From the NCBI GenBank assembly GCA_964343195.1, contig CAYFIR010000007.1:14696-78695 (forward strand): a stretch of DNA of 64,000 nt. The letters run 5' to 3'. This document shows positions 45,466 to 54,238 of this stretch, piece by piece. Within the stretch, counting starts at the first letter, position 1, and each line of letters begins with the position of its first letter. The translations under genes and the position numbers were made by a program. Origin of the DNA: an uncultured Bacteroidia bacterium (GTDB taxonomy: Bacteria > Bacteroidota > Bacteroidia > J057). Below the pieces are notes generated by a model. The model saw nothing but the letters and a program-made list of their open reading frames with translations, was not told the origin of the DNA and ran no database searches.

Positions 45466-46560
45466 TTATTCAGTAGCCATGGCTACTTCCTCATTCTCTG
45501 CTTCCTTCTCGCTGGCAGCCATTGCAGCTGCTTCAGCTGCTTTCACTTCCTCTTCAGAAGCCAGAGTTTTCCAGATTTCGTAATAGGGCTTTTGCTGATC
45601 CAGCCAGGCCTCGTATTCCTCCTGTGTCTCAACTACGATCACCCGACGCATGTTCCAGTGGCCACCACCGCAGATCTGCTGGCAGGACATTTCATAGTTG
45701 AAATCAGGATTACCAGTACGCTCACGCATTTCAGCGGTCGTAAGTGTAGGAGTAAAGTGAAAGCTGGTAGGCATACCGGGAACCGCATCCATTTTTACAC
45801 GGAAGTGGGCTATGGTGGCGCTATGCAGAACGTCACGCGAACGGATACGCATCATGGCAGTACGATTCACTGGCAGGTGAATCTCATTCACGATCAGGTC
45901 ATCCTGGGCTTCAGGATCGGCGTAATTTACTCCGATATCGTTCCCCGCAGATTCGTTGATATATCCCACGTTGGCTTCTCCCAGCGTGTGATCCTCACCG
46001 GGGTACCGGACAGTCCAGCCAAACTGCTTACCATTGACCTCATACACGATCGCCTCGTCCAACTCTTCCTCTGTTAGCTCCGTCATCGTATCATGCCATA
46101 CTCCCACTCCATCAAATATCAGGAGGGTAAGGACTACAGCAGGAACGATGGTCCACAGAACTTCCAGCTTGTTGTTGTGAGGATAGTAGTGAGCCTTGCG
46201 TCCTTCACGGTAGCGATACTTCAGAGCGTAGAAAAAGAGCAGAATATTTGTAAGAACTGATGCGATAATCGCTACAACCAGTGAGTTGAACATCATCCGG
46301 TCAATCTCAGCTCCATGAGCTGATGCGGGATTGTTCATGAATACAAATTTCTCGGACCAGATATCCGTAGAAACATAGGCGGCGATAAGTCCTACCACCA
46401 GAAACATGAAAAACAGATTGGCATTGATGATATGGGGGTTCCACTTGGCAAATGGATCGATTTCCTTGTAACGGAAAACGAGAGAAAGGTTTAAACCCAC
46501 CAGCAACAAGATTATGACCAGGAGTACCTGGGCAATTCCTATGAGCAATTGAGGATCCAT
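45466..46560 (-). CDS. coxB: Cytochrome c oxidase subunit II (CuA); it has no fused cytochrome c domain
   Basis: CuA site 'HSATIAHF...SCQQICGGGHWNMRRV'. The C-terminal tail is acidic/Ala-rich and lacks CxxCH. Confidence 0.9.
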   Translation of the reverse strand: MDPQLLIGIAQVLLVIILLLVGLNLSLVFRYKEIDPFAKWNPHIINANLFFMFLVVGLIAAYVSTDIWSEKFVFMNNPASAHGAEIDRMMFNSLVVAIIASVLTNILLFFYALKYRYREGRKAHYYPHNNKLEVLWTIVPAVVLTLLIFDGVGVWHDTMTELTEEELDEAIVYEVNGKQFGWTVRYPGEDHTLGEANVGYINESAGNDIGVNYADPEAQDDLIVNEIHLPVNRTAMMRIRSRDVLHSATIAHFRVKMDAVPGMPTSFHFTPTLTTAEMRERTGNPDFNYEMSCQQICGGGHWNMRRVIVVETQEEYEAWLDQQKPYYEIWKTLASEEEVKAAEAAAMAASEKEAENEEVAMATE

Positions 46561-46680
46561 ATAATGATTTTTGTTATCGGTGCCGCTAAAATACTAAACT
46601 CTCTTAAAAACGCATCATCAATCTTTAATGGGAATCAAAATTGATGTTTCAGAATTTTCTGAACTGTCAGTCGTAAACAA

Positions 46681-46711
46681 TTGCCTCATAAGAATAAATC
46701 TCATGAGGCAA
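46681..46711 (-). promoter_or_regulatory. Stable hairpin in the actF-coxB intergenic spacer (attenuator, processing site or partial terminator)
   Basis: 'ttgcctcat-(13 nt loop)-atgaggcaa', a 9-bp perfect stem, sitting in the only sizeable gap (189 bp) of the act-cox gene string. Confidence 0.35.
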
Positions 46712-46749
46712 TTTTTGTTTGAAAATTTCTTGTTCAGGCCTCGGTTTCT

Positions 46750-48126
46750 TTAAACCGCACCAGTGCTATGGTGCAAGCTCTCCTCCAGATATGGGTGCTT
46801 CGTAGGTACCAGATTCGCCTTGGACAGCGAATTGAACACGACGAAGATAAAGATTCCGGCAAACAGCGCGAAGAATCCTACCTCAATGAGTCCGATACCA
46901 GGATTCTCTCCCATGGCACCTGGCATGATCATCAGATACAGGTCGTGCCAGTGACCGTACAGCACCACTGCTGCCAATGGTACGAAGGTGATGAACTTTC
47001 GCTTGGCATTCCGGGTCATCAGGATCAGGAAGGGGGTTACGAAGTTGATGAACAGGTTGGAATAGAACATGAAAGAATATCCCAGGTAGGCAGAGTCCTC
47101 AACCCTGTAACGTTTCACGTAATAGATTCCTTCCTCCGGAATGTTGGAATACCAGATCAGCAGGTACTGAGCTACCCATATGTAGGCCCAGAAGATGCTG
47201 AATCCGAAGGTGTACTTACCCAGGTCATGGAAGTGTGCGTCATTGACATACTTCATATGTCCCTGCTCCTTCAGGAATGCAGTGATCAGGTAGATGGTGA
47301 TCATGCTGGAAACCATGGTTCCGGCAAAAATATACACAAAGAAAATAGTCGAGAACCAGTGTGGTTCGAGAGACTCAATCCAGTCTACTGCAAAGAGGCT
47401 GTATGAAAGGGCAAAGAATACCACGAAGAAGGCAGAGATTTTTTGCTCACGTCCAAAATGAGTCAGCCCACCTTCCTCGTCCTGGAGTAGAGACTGACGG
47501 CGGATATAAATCGCTACCAGTGTCCATACTCCAAAGAAGATTACACTGCGAATGATCCAGAAAGGAACATTGAGGTAGCCTTTTTTGGAATCAAGGATGG
47601 CATCAGTACCTTCTGGAACGGTAACCCACTCGTAGATTTCTCCCATGAAGAAGAAGATCAGTCCGAGGGCTATCACGCCGAAGGGGAGGTATTGGGTAAT
47701 TGCCTCAGCAACACGGCGTACGGCAATGTGCCATCCTGCATTTCCTACTTTGTGAATAGCCAGGAAGAACAGGGCACCTATTCCGATGGTAAAAAAGTAT
47801 AGTCCGCTAAGGAGCAGGTTGCTCACAATACGGGTAAAAGTGGTAGGCTCCTTGTGATGATGTCCACCACCGTGGCCTTCTTCAGCATGCTCTTCCTCGC
47901 CGTGCTGATCATCAGCTACGGTGTGGATGTCGCTCTGCTCAATTTTGACAGCATGTCCGCCTTCCTCATGTGAGTCAGCACCACTTTGGGAGTTACCACC
48001 AAAGAGGGCACCTAGTACAATCAGTACCAAGCCAACACCTATCAGCCCAAACGCGATATTCTTAAACCGCTGTTTAAACTCAAAGCGGTCGTTCAGGTCT
48101 TCCGGAGTGAAATGTGCGCTTGCCAA
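46750..48126 (-). CDS. actF: Alternative complex III subunit ActF (NrfD-like membrane subunit) with a His/Glu-rich N-terminal region
   Basis: Ten predicted TM helices. It is the second NrfD-like gene of the act cluster and lies after actE. N-terminal 'HEEGGHAV...HGEEEHAEEGHGGGHHHKEP'. Confidence 0.6.
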   Translation of the reverse strand: MASAHFTPEDLNDRFEFKQRFKNIAFGLIGVGLVLIVLGALFGGNSQSGADSHEEGGHAVKIEQSDIHTVADDQHGEEEHAEEGHGGGHHHKEPTTFTRIVSNLLLSGLYFFTIGIGALFFLAIHKVGNAGWHIAVRRVAEAITQYLPFGVIALGLIFFFMGEIYEWVTVPEGTDAILDSKKGYLNVPFWIIRSVIFFGVWTLVAIYIRRQSLLQDEEGGLTHFGREQKISAFFVVFFALSYSLFAVDWIESLEPHWFSTIFFVYIFAGTMVSSMITIYLITAFLKEQGHMKYVNDAHFHDLGKYTFGFSIFWAYIWVAQYLLIWYSNIPEEGIYYVKRYRVEDSAYLGYSFMFYSNLFINFVTPFLILMTRNAKRKFITFVPLAAVVLYGHWHDLYLMIMPGAMGENPGIGLIEVGFFALFAGIFIFVVFNSLSKANLVPTKHPYLEESLHHSTGAV

Positions 48127-48168
48127 TTTTATCTATTTTTTTGAGGTTCAAATTGAGAAAAATGGGCG

Positions 48169-48939
48169 TTAGCGACCGCTATTTGTTTCGCTGCTGCCTG
48201 CTGTAGCTGCTAGCGGGCTGGTACCACCGCCTTCGGTTCCGGTAGAGGCTACTTCTTCTACAGCTTCCTCACCCTCTTCAGTTTCCTGATAGGTGGGGAA
48301 CCATTGCTTGATATAGCTGATGACTTCCCATCTCTCACGAGGAGTAATCTGAGAAGCATAAGATCCCATTTGACCTTTACCATAGGTAAGGGTGTGGAAC
48401 ATCTTTCCTTCAGTAATATTCAGTCCAGAGTAATCAGGGACTCCGACATATGCTCCCCCAGAAACCAAAGATCCATTTCCTTTGCCCTGGGCTCCGTGGC
48501 ACATCACACAGTAGATGTCGTAGACCGTCTTACCTTTCTGGAAGGTCTCTTCATTTTCATCCAGGGGTGAAGTAAGTTCCAGTCCAGCCCGCTCGTAGTC
48601 ATCCGTGGTATTTTCATAAGGATAAGGCGAATATGCCTCAGCATAATACCAGGACTCTTCACGTGGAACGGTTCCTTCCGGTGCTTTTTGAGCAGCCAGC
48701 CCGTTAGCGAAGTATTTTACTTTACCATCCTCTTCAGCGGCAGGATAATGTCCGCCAATCCAGGGCTGGGTATTATATACCGTCTGCGAATATGGCTCCA
48801 ACGGAAGCGAGTTGTACATGTTAGGAGCATACTCAATGTTCCGATCGGACTTGTCGTAGTAACAGCCGCTCAGAGACATTACCAGTAGGCCCAGGATGAG
48901 CAACACCGCGTAACTTGTAGATTTATTGGGTATATGCAT
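48169..48939 (-). CDS. actE: ACIII monoheme cytochrome c subunit ActE (lipoprotein)
   Basis: A single 'CVMCHGAQGKG' motif. Lipobox 'LVMSLSGC'. The start was trimmed to M42, which removes the overlap with actD. Confidence 0.65.
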   Translation of the reverse strand: MHIPNKSTSYAVLLILGLLVMSLSGCYYDKSDRNIEYAPNMYNSLPLEPYSQTVYNTQPWIGGHYPAAEEDGKVKYFANGLAAQKAPEGTVPREESWYYAEAYSPYPYENTTDDYERAGLELTSPLDENEETFQKGKTVYDIYCVMCHGAQGKGNGSLVSGGAYVGVPDYSGLNITEGKMFHTLTYGKGQMGSYASQITPRERWEVISYIKQWFPTYQETEEGEEAVEEVASTGTEGGGTSPLAATAGSSETNSGR

Positions 48940-48943
48940 GGAT

Positions 48944-49468
48944 CTATTGGTCTTTGAAGTCTTTGGTAGTGATTTCATAAGCCCCTTCTTCCTCGAAGAC
49001 TGACCTGATAGCAGCTTCGTCGGCAACCTTTTCCTGGTCGATAGCCACAACAAATACATCATCTGTCTGGCGATCGTCCATCAGGAAAGCCTTCTTTCCA
49101 GGCCAATAACGGCCGATGATAAAGAAAGTGATTACCATACCATGAGCAGCAAACAGTACAGTCATCTCAAATGTGATGGGCACAAAGTCAGGGAATGCCA
49201 GTGAAGGCTTACCGCCGATATTCATGGGCCAAACTGCACCGTAAAGCAGGCTCATCATGGTCACAGCAGTGGCAAAGCCCAGGCAACCATAGATAAAAGA
49301 AGCAACGGACAAGCGGGTACGCTTGATGTTCAGGAAAGGCTCTATTTCGTGGATAGGGAAAGGAGAATAGATGTCATAGATCATCACACCCTGCTCCTTG
49401 AGACGCTTGGCTGCAGCAAACACCTTATCCGGATCCCAGAACTTGCCGATTAAGAAACTCTTATTCAT
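48944..49468 (-). CDS. actD: ACIII subunit ActD (DUF3341)
   Basis: 174 aa with two TM helices, 'GVMIYDIYSPFPIHEIE', located between actC and actE. Confidence 0.6.
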   Translation of the reverse strand: MNKSFLIGKFWDPDKVFAAAKRLKEQGVMIYDIYSPFPIHEIEPFLNIKRTRLSVASFIYGCLGFATAVTMMSLLYGAVWPMNIGGKPSLAFPDFVPITFEMTVLFAAHGMVITFFIIGRYWPGKKAFLMDDRQTDDVFVVAIDQEKVADEAAIRSVFEEEGAYEITTKDFKDQ

Positions 49469-49507
49469 TATTATTCAGATTGTAGAGTCAAACGGAATTT
49501 CGAATAA

Positions 49508-50917
49508 TTAGGCGTTAGTTGTCTCACCTCCTACGGACTCCACGATGTGGTCAGGCTTCTTGGGGTGATGAAGCAGAGTCTTCACCTCAAACATGTTGAT
49601 CACAGGCAGATACTTGGAAAAGAGGAAGAAACAGAACATGAACAGGCCGAAGGTACCGATGAAGATACCAGCCTCAACCCATGTGGGTGTATACATGGCC
49701 CAGCTTGAAGGCAGGAAGTCACGGTGGAGAGAAGAGACGATGATCACGAATCGCTCAAACCACATCCCAATGTTCACGAAGATCGAGATGATGAAGGTTG
49801 CCACCATGTTGGTCCGGATCTTCTTGGACCAGAAGAGCTGTGGAGTCACCACGTTACAGGTAAACATCGCAAAGTACGCCCACCAGTATGGTCCAAACAT
49901 ACGGTTTACAAAGAGATAGCGCTCCCACAGTACACCAGAGTAGTATGCAGTAAAGAACTCCGTGGTGTAAGCCAGACCAACCAGAGAACCTGTAGCCAAT
50001 ACAATCTTGGCGATTGACTCCATATGGTCCATGGTGATGTAGTCCTCAAGCTTATACACCTTCCGGGTTACAATCATCAGGGTCTGTACCATACCAAATC
50101 CTGAGAAAATCGCACCAGCAACAAAGTATGGTGGGAAGATGGTCGTGTGCCAGCCAGGGATGACTGATGTTGCAAAGTCCATCGATACGATTGAGTGCAC
50201 CGAAAGTACAAGAGGAGTCGCGAGACCAGCCAAAATCAGTGAGACGATCTCGTAGCGGGACCAGTTGCGGGAGGACCCCTCCCAGCCGAAGCTCAAAGCT
50301 CCGTAAATCTGGGAAGCCAGCTTCTTGCCACCCCGTGCCATGCGGTCACGGATAGTGCCGAAGTCAGGAATCATGCCCAGGTACCAGAATACGAGAGATA
50401 CTGAGAGGTAAGTAGAGATCGCGAAAACGTCCCACAGCAGGGGTGAGTTAAAGTTCACCCATAGAGATCCGCGGGTATTGGGAAGTGGCAGGAACCAGAG
50501 GCCTAACCAGGGGCGTCCCATGTGTAGAATCGGGAATAGACCTGCACACAGTACCGCGAAGATAGTCATCGCCTCAGAGGCACGGTTGATGGAATTTCGC
50601 CACTCCTGACGGAAAAGCAACAGTACAGCGGAGATCAGGGTTCCCGCGTGACCGATACCTACCCAGAATACAAAGTTGGTAATGTCAAAGGCCCATCCTA
50701 CGGTCTTGTTCAGCCCCCAGGTACCGATGCCTTTGTATACCGTCCAGGCGATACAGGCAAAGCCTCCAAGCATTACCAGACCAGATACGGCGGTCCAGAA
50801 CAGCCAGGTCATATTGGGCTTTGCCTCAATAGGACGGGTGATGTCCTCGGTAATCTTACCGTAGGTGTCAGTATTGGTTAGCCATTTCTGGCGAATCGGA
50901 GATCTTACGTGAGACAT
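49508..50917 (-). CDS. actC: ACIII quinol-interacting membrane subunit ActC (NrfD/PsrC family)
   Basis: A 469-aa polytopic membrane protein immediately downstream of the molybdopterin-like subunit. NrfD-like repeat helices. Confidence 0.75.
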   Translation of the reverse strand: MSHVRSPIRQKWLTNTDTYGKITEDITRPIEAKPNMTWLFWTAVSGLVMLGGFACIAWTVYKGIGTWGLNKTVGWAFDITNFVFWVGIGHAGTLISAVLLLFRQEWRNSINRASEAMTIFAVLCAGLFPILHMGRPWLGLWFLPLPNTRGSLWVNFNSPLLWDVFAISTYLSVSLVFWYLGMIPDFGTIRDRMARGGKKLASQIYGALSFGWEGSSRNWSRYEIVSLILAGLATPLVLSVHSIVSMDFATSVIPGWHTTIFPPYFVAGAIFSGFGMVQTLMIVTRKVYKLEDYITMDHMESIAKIVLATGSLVGLAYTTEFFTAYYSGVLWERYLFVNRMFGPYWWAYFAMFTCNVVTPQLFWSKKIRTNMVATFIISIFVNIGMWFERFVIIVSSLHRDFLPSSWAMYTPTWVEAGIFIGTFGLFMFCFFLFSKYLPVINMFEVKTLLHHPKKPDHIVESVGGETTNA

Positions 50918-50957
50918 AACGTTGGTTGATCTATAATTAGGTTACTTACCTCTTTTT

Positions 50958-53900
50958 TTATGCATGTTCGCCACTGTGAGCAGCCTCGGCCTCATGCTCT
51001 CCATTGAGCCATGGGCGAGCTTCCATCTGCTCTTCGTGCTTGAATTTGGTTTCAGCCTCGTCGCGGTTACGTACCAGCGCCTGATACTGAACTGAAGGGA
51101 GGACCTTGATTTCCTCAAGAACAGCATAGCTGCGTGGCTGACGGAAAGCCTTGCTCACAGCACTGTTAGGATCGTTGAAGTCACCAAACACGATGGCTCC
51201 AGTAGGACATGACTGCTGACAGGCTACCTGCACATCTCCATCTTCTGGCTTGGCCAGAGTAGACTTGGCATTCACCTTCGCACGAAGCTTGGAATCCTGT
51301 AGGCGCTGTACACAGAAGGAACATTTCTCCATTACACCACGGAAGCGTACAGTAACGTCTGGGTTCAATACCAGCTTACCGAGGTCGCTGTGGGTGTACA
51401 GATCATTGAACTTCTTGGTGTCCTGCCAGTAGTTGAACCAGTTGAAGCGACGAACCTTGTAAGGACAGTTGTTCGCGCAGTAGCGGGTACCTACACAGCG
51501 GTTGTAGGTCATCTGGTTCAGGCCCTCATTGCTGTGGATAGTCGCCAATACCGGACATACGGTCTCACAAGGAGCGTTGTCACAATGCTGGCACAGCATG
51601 GGCTGGAATACCACGTCAGGATTCTGAGTCTCACCTGAGTAGTAGCGGTCGATGCGCATCCAGTGCATTTCGCGGCGGGTGCGAACTTCCTGCTTCCCAA
51701 CAACAGGGATATTATTTTCTGCCTGACAGGCCACAACACAGGCACCACAACCGGTACACTTGTTGAGGTCGATGGCCATCTTCCAGTGGATATTCTGAGC
51801 AGTCTCCGGATCTTCAAAGTGAGAATCCCAAAGGGTAACCAGGTGCTCCTTTTTGGCTTCGCGCTTCTGTACACGAGCCTTGTACTTGCCATTGTTGTAG
51901 TTGGCGACGGTCGTCTCCTCAATGATGGCATCCGTACGGTCATAGTCGCCAGCCCCAACCAACAGCTCCGTCTTGGCGGGATCATATAACAGGTTGAAGG
52001 TCTGGGTCAGAGCCAGTGGATAGGTCATTCCGGCTTTGCTCATGCTTACCCCGGTAGAGGTGTATTGCATGGCTCCCCCTTCTACTCGCACAGCAGGATA
52101 GAAGTTGGTACCGGCAATCTGCTGACCACCTTTTGCTGTTCCGTTAGCGCGCTTGGTGACTTTACCAAACTTGCTTCCGTAACCCAAAGCTACTGCTACA
52201 GTCTGAGCAGCTTGCCCTGGCTGGATATATACCGGCATGTAGTAGGAGTCTCCATCGAAGGTCAACTCAACTACATCCTCGTTTTTCAGGTTCATTTCCT
52301 CAGCCAACACTACGGGAACAGACACATAGTTGTCCCAGGTGACCCGGCTGATGGGATCGGGAAGCTCCTGCAGCCATGGATTGTTGGCTTGCTTACCGCT
52401 ACCGATTCCTACTTTTTCAAACAGTACGACTTCCAGTTCTCCCTCAGGAGTCTTGGCACGACTTCCCTGCATTACCTTGCTTGCCTGAGCCGCGAGTTGG
52501 CCATCAGCCATGACATATTCGGTCTCTTCAGCAGAAGACGTTGCCATGAATACCCCTTTACGCAGAGCCTCGTTCCAGAATTCACGGAATGTCAGGTACT
52601 GATCCTGCTGAGGGAACATATTTTCCTGCCAGAATCGCTTGAGGTAATCCTGGTACTTTTCGCTGATACCCATCCAGGTTAGCAGGCTATCCTGGGCCTG
52701 ACGGGTACGGAAAATCGGATAAATAGTAGGCTGAACCAGAGAATAGTGGGTTCCAGTCTGCTGCATATCTCCCCATGACTCCAGGAAGAAATGATCTGGA
52801 GCAACGTAGCTGCAAAGCTCTGATGTCTCATCAGGCTTGGTAGCAAAAGAGATAGACAGACCTACATTGGAGATCGCAGCTGCAACCGTCTCTCCGAATG
52901 GAGAGTCCAGTACAGGGTTAGCTCCGTAAACGAGCAGAGCGGCAACTTCTCCGCCTTCCAGTTCCTGAGCAAGAGCGGCCAATGCCCGATCATCCCCCTG
53001 CTTGTAGAAAGAAGGTGAATTTATGTCGATGGTCTGACCGTAGTTACCCAGCATCTGATTGATGCCAACAATGATTGCCTGAACGGCAGGATCGTTGCTG
53101 TCAGAAATAACCAGGGACTTGCCACGGTTTTTCGCAAGGTCACTGGCAGCGATGTCCAGACCGTCCATGTAGGTGTTGTACCCTGGAACGTTAGGAATCT
53201 GGCCAGCTCCAACTTTGGAGGCAACCTTATTATATAGGTTCAGCAGAGCTACACCCTGCTGAGAAGGATTCAATGGGAAGCGCAGATCGGCCTTTGAACC
53301 AGAAGTGGTCAAAATAGACTCAAACTGCAGGTGACGAGACATCGGCTTGTCAGGGTTGCGGTTCACAGCGTACTGTGAAGCAAAAGCAACCGGGCTGATC
53401 CAGGTACCCAGGAAGTCTGCACCAAAGCTGACGATGGCCATGGCCTTGTCGAACTGGTAGTTGGGCACTGCGTACTTGCCGAAAGCCATTTCATGGGCCT
53501 GAGCCACAGCGGAAACAGAAACAGGATCGTAAGACACGTGCTTACCATCTTCAAACTGCCCGACAAACTCACCGATCAACTGACGGGTAGAAGGGCTCAT
53601 CACAGAGTGTGAAAGCACTCGTACTTTTCCACCGTTTTCCTTGATCTTGTTGAGTTCAGAAATGATGTCTGCGTCGATAGACTCAAAGCTTGGCACCAGA
53701 TTCTGTCCTTTTAGAGGAGCGCGCAGGCGCTCGTCTTCATACATGTCCAGGACAGTAGCCTGATCAGTAGCAGACAGACCGCCTTTGGTCAGGGGTGAAT
53801 CCGGGTTGCCTTCCAGCTTGATGGGGCGACCTTCACGGGTCTTTACCAAAGCCGGATTACCGTTTGGAGTAGTAGAAGCGTACCAGTTAGGTACACCAGG

Positions 53901-54167
53901 AATGATGTCGTCAGGCTTGTTGACGTAGGGAATAGCTTTTTTGACTGGACCTTCTGCACAGGCAGCGAGGGTAGCAGCCGTCATTCCAAATCCCAGGACC
54001 TTGAGGAAGTCACGGCGATTGGAGTTGAAGCTCATACTTTCCTCAGAAGCTTCAGCCAGGACTTCGTCGATCGCCATGTCAGTAGGAAATTCCTTGCTGG
54101 CTTGCTCCACGAACTCCGGGGTTTGCTCCAGCTCCTCCAGGCTCTTCCAATATTTAGGCTTACTCAT
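50958..54167 (-). CDS. actB: ACIII large subunit ActB (molybdopterin-oxidoreductase-like domain plus a 4Fe-4S ferredoxin domain)
   Basis: Tat signal 'SNRRDFLKVLGFGMTAATLAACA'. Ferredoxin clusters 'CTGCGACVVACQAEN', 'CQHCDNAPCETVCP', 'CVGTRYCANNCP' and 'CSFCVQR'. 1069 aa. Confidence 0.85.
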   Translation of the reverse strand: MSKPKYWKSLEELEQTPEFVEQASKEFPTDMAIDEVLAEASEESMSFNSNRRDFLKVLGFGMTAATLAACAEGPVKKAIPYVNKPDDIIPGVPNWYASTTPNGNPALVKTREGRPIKLEGNPDSPLTKGGLSATDQATVLDMYEDERLRAPLKGQNLVPSFESIDADIISELNKIKENGGKVRVLSHSVMSPSTRQLIGEFVGQFEDGKHVSYDPVSVSAVAQAHEMAFGKYAVPNYQFDKAMAIVSFGADFLGTWISPVAFASQYAVNRNPDKPMSRHLQFESILTTSGSKADLRFPLNPSQQGVALLNLYNKVASKVGAGQIPNVPGYNTYMDGLDIAASDLAKNRGKSLVISDSNDPAVQAIIVGINQMLGNYGQTIDINSPSFYKQGDDRALAALAQELEGGEVAALLVYGANPVLDSPFGETVAAAISNVGLSISFATKPDETSELCSYVAPDHFFLESWGDMQQTGTHYSLVQPTIYPIFRTRQAQDSLLTWMGISEKYQDYLKRFWQENMFPQQDQYLTFREFWNEALRKGVFMATSSAEETEYVMADGQLAAQASKVMQGSRAKTPEGELEVVLFEKVGIGSGKQANNPWLQELPDPISRVTWDNYVSVPVVLAEEMNLKNEDVVELTFDGDSYYMPVYIQPGQAAQTVAVALGYGSKFGKVTKRANGTAKGGQQIAGTNFYPAVRVEGGAMQYTSTGVSMSKAGMTYPLALTQTFNLLYDPAKTELLVGAGDYDRTDAIIEETTVANYNNGKYKARVQKREAKKEHLVTLWDSHFEDPETAQNIHWKMAIDLNKCTGCGACVVACQAENNIPVVGKQEVRTRREMHWMRIDRYYSGETQNPDVVFQPMLCQHCDNAPCETVCPVLATIHSNEGLNQMTYNRCVGTRYCANNCPYKVRRFNWFNYWQDTKKFNDLYTHSDLGKLVLNPDVTVRFRGVMEKCSFCVQRLQDSKLRAKVNAKSTLAKPEDGDVQVACQQSCPTGAIVFGDFNDPNSAVSKAFRQPRSYAVLEEIKVLPSVQYQALVRNRDEAETKFKHEEQMEARPWLNGEHEAEAAHSGEHA

Positions 54168-54238
54168 TTATGCTAAAGTTGTGGGAATTCTCTGAATAAA
54201 AATGAAACAAGGAAGGCTGTCATCAGCCTTCCAGTATA

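Noticed and set aside
46768-47406. 212-aa plus-strand ORF antisense to actF, rich in His/Glu/Gln
   Set aside because: It is a mirror image of the actF coding strand, which has a clear NrfD-like membrane topology. There is no independent evidence for it.
48940-49062. 5' part of ORF 48169..49062 overlapping actD by ~118 bp
   Set aside because: The internal Met, followed by a lipoprotein signal peptide, gives the canonical ActE start 5 bp after the actD stop. The long overlap is an ORF-caller artefact.
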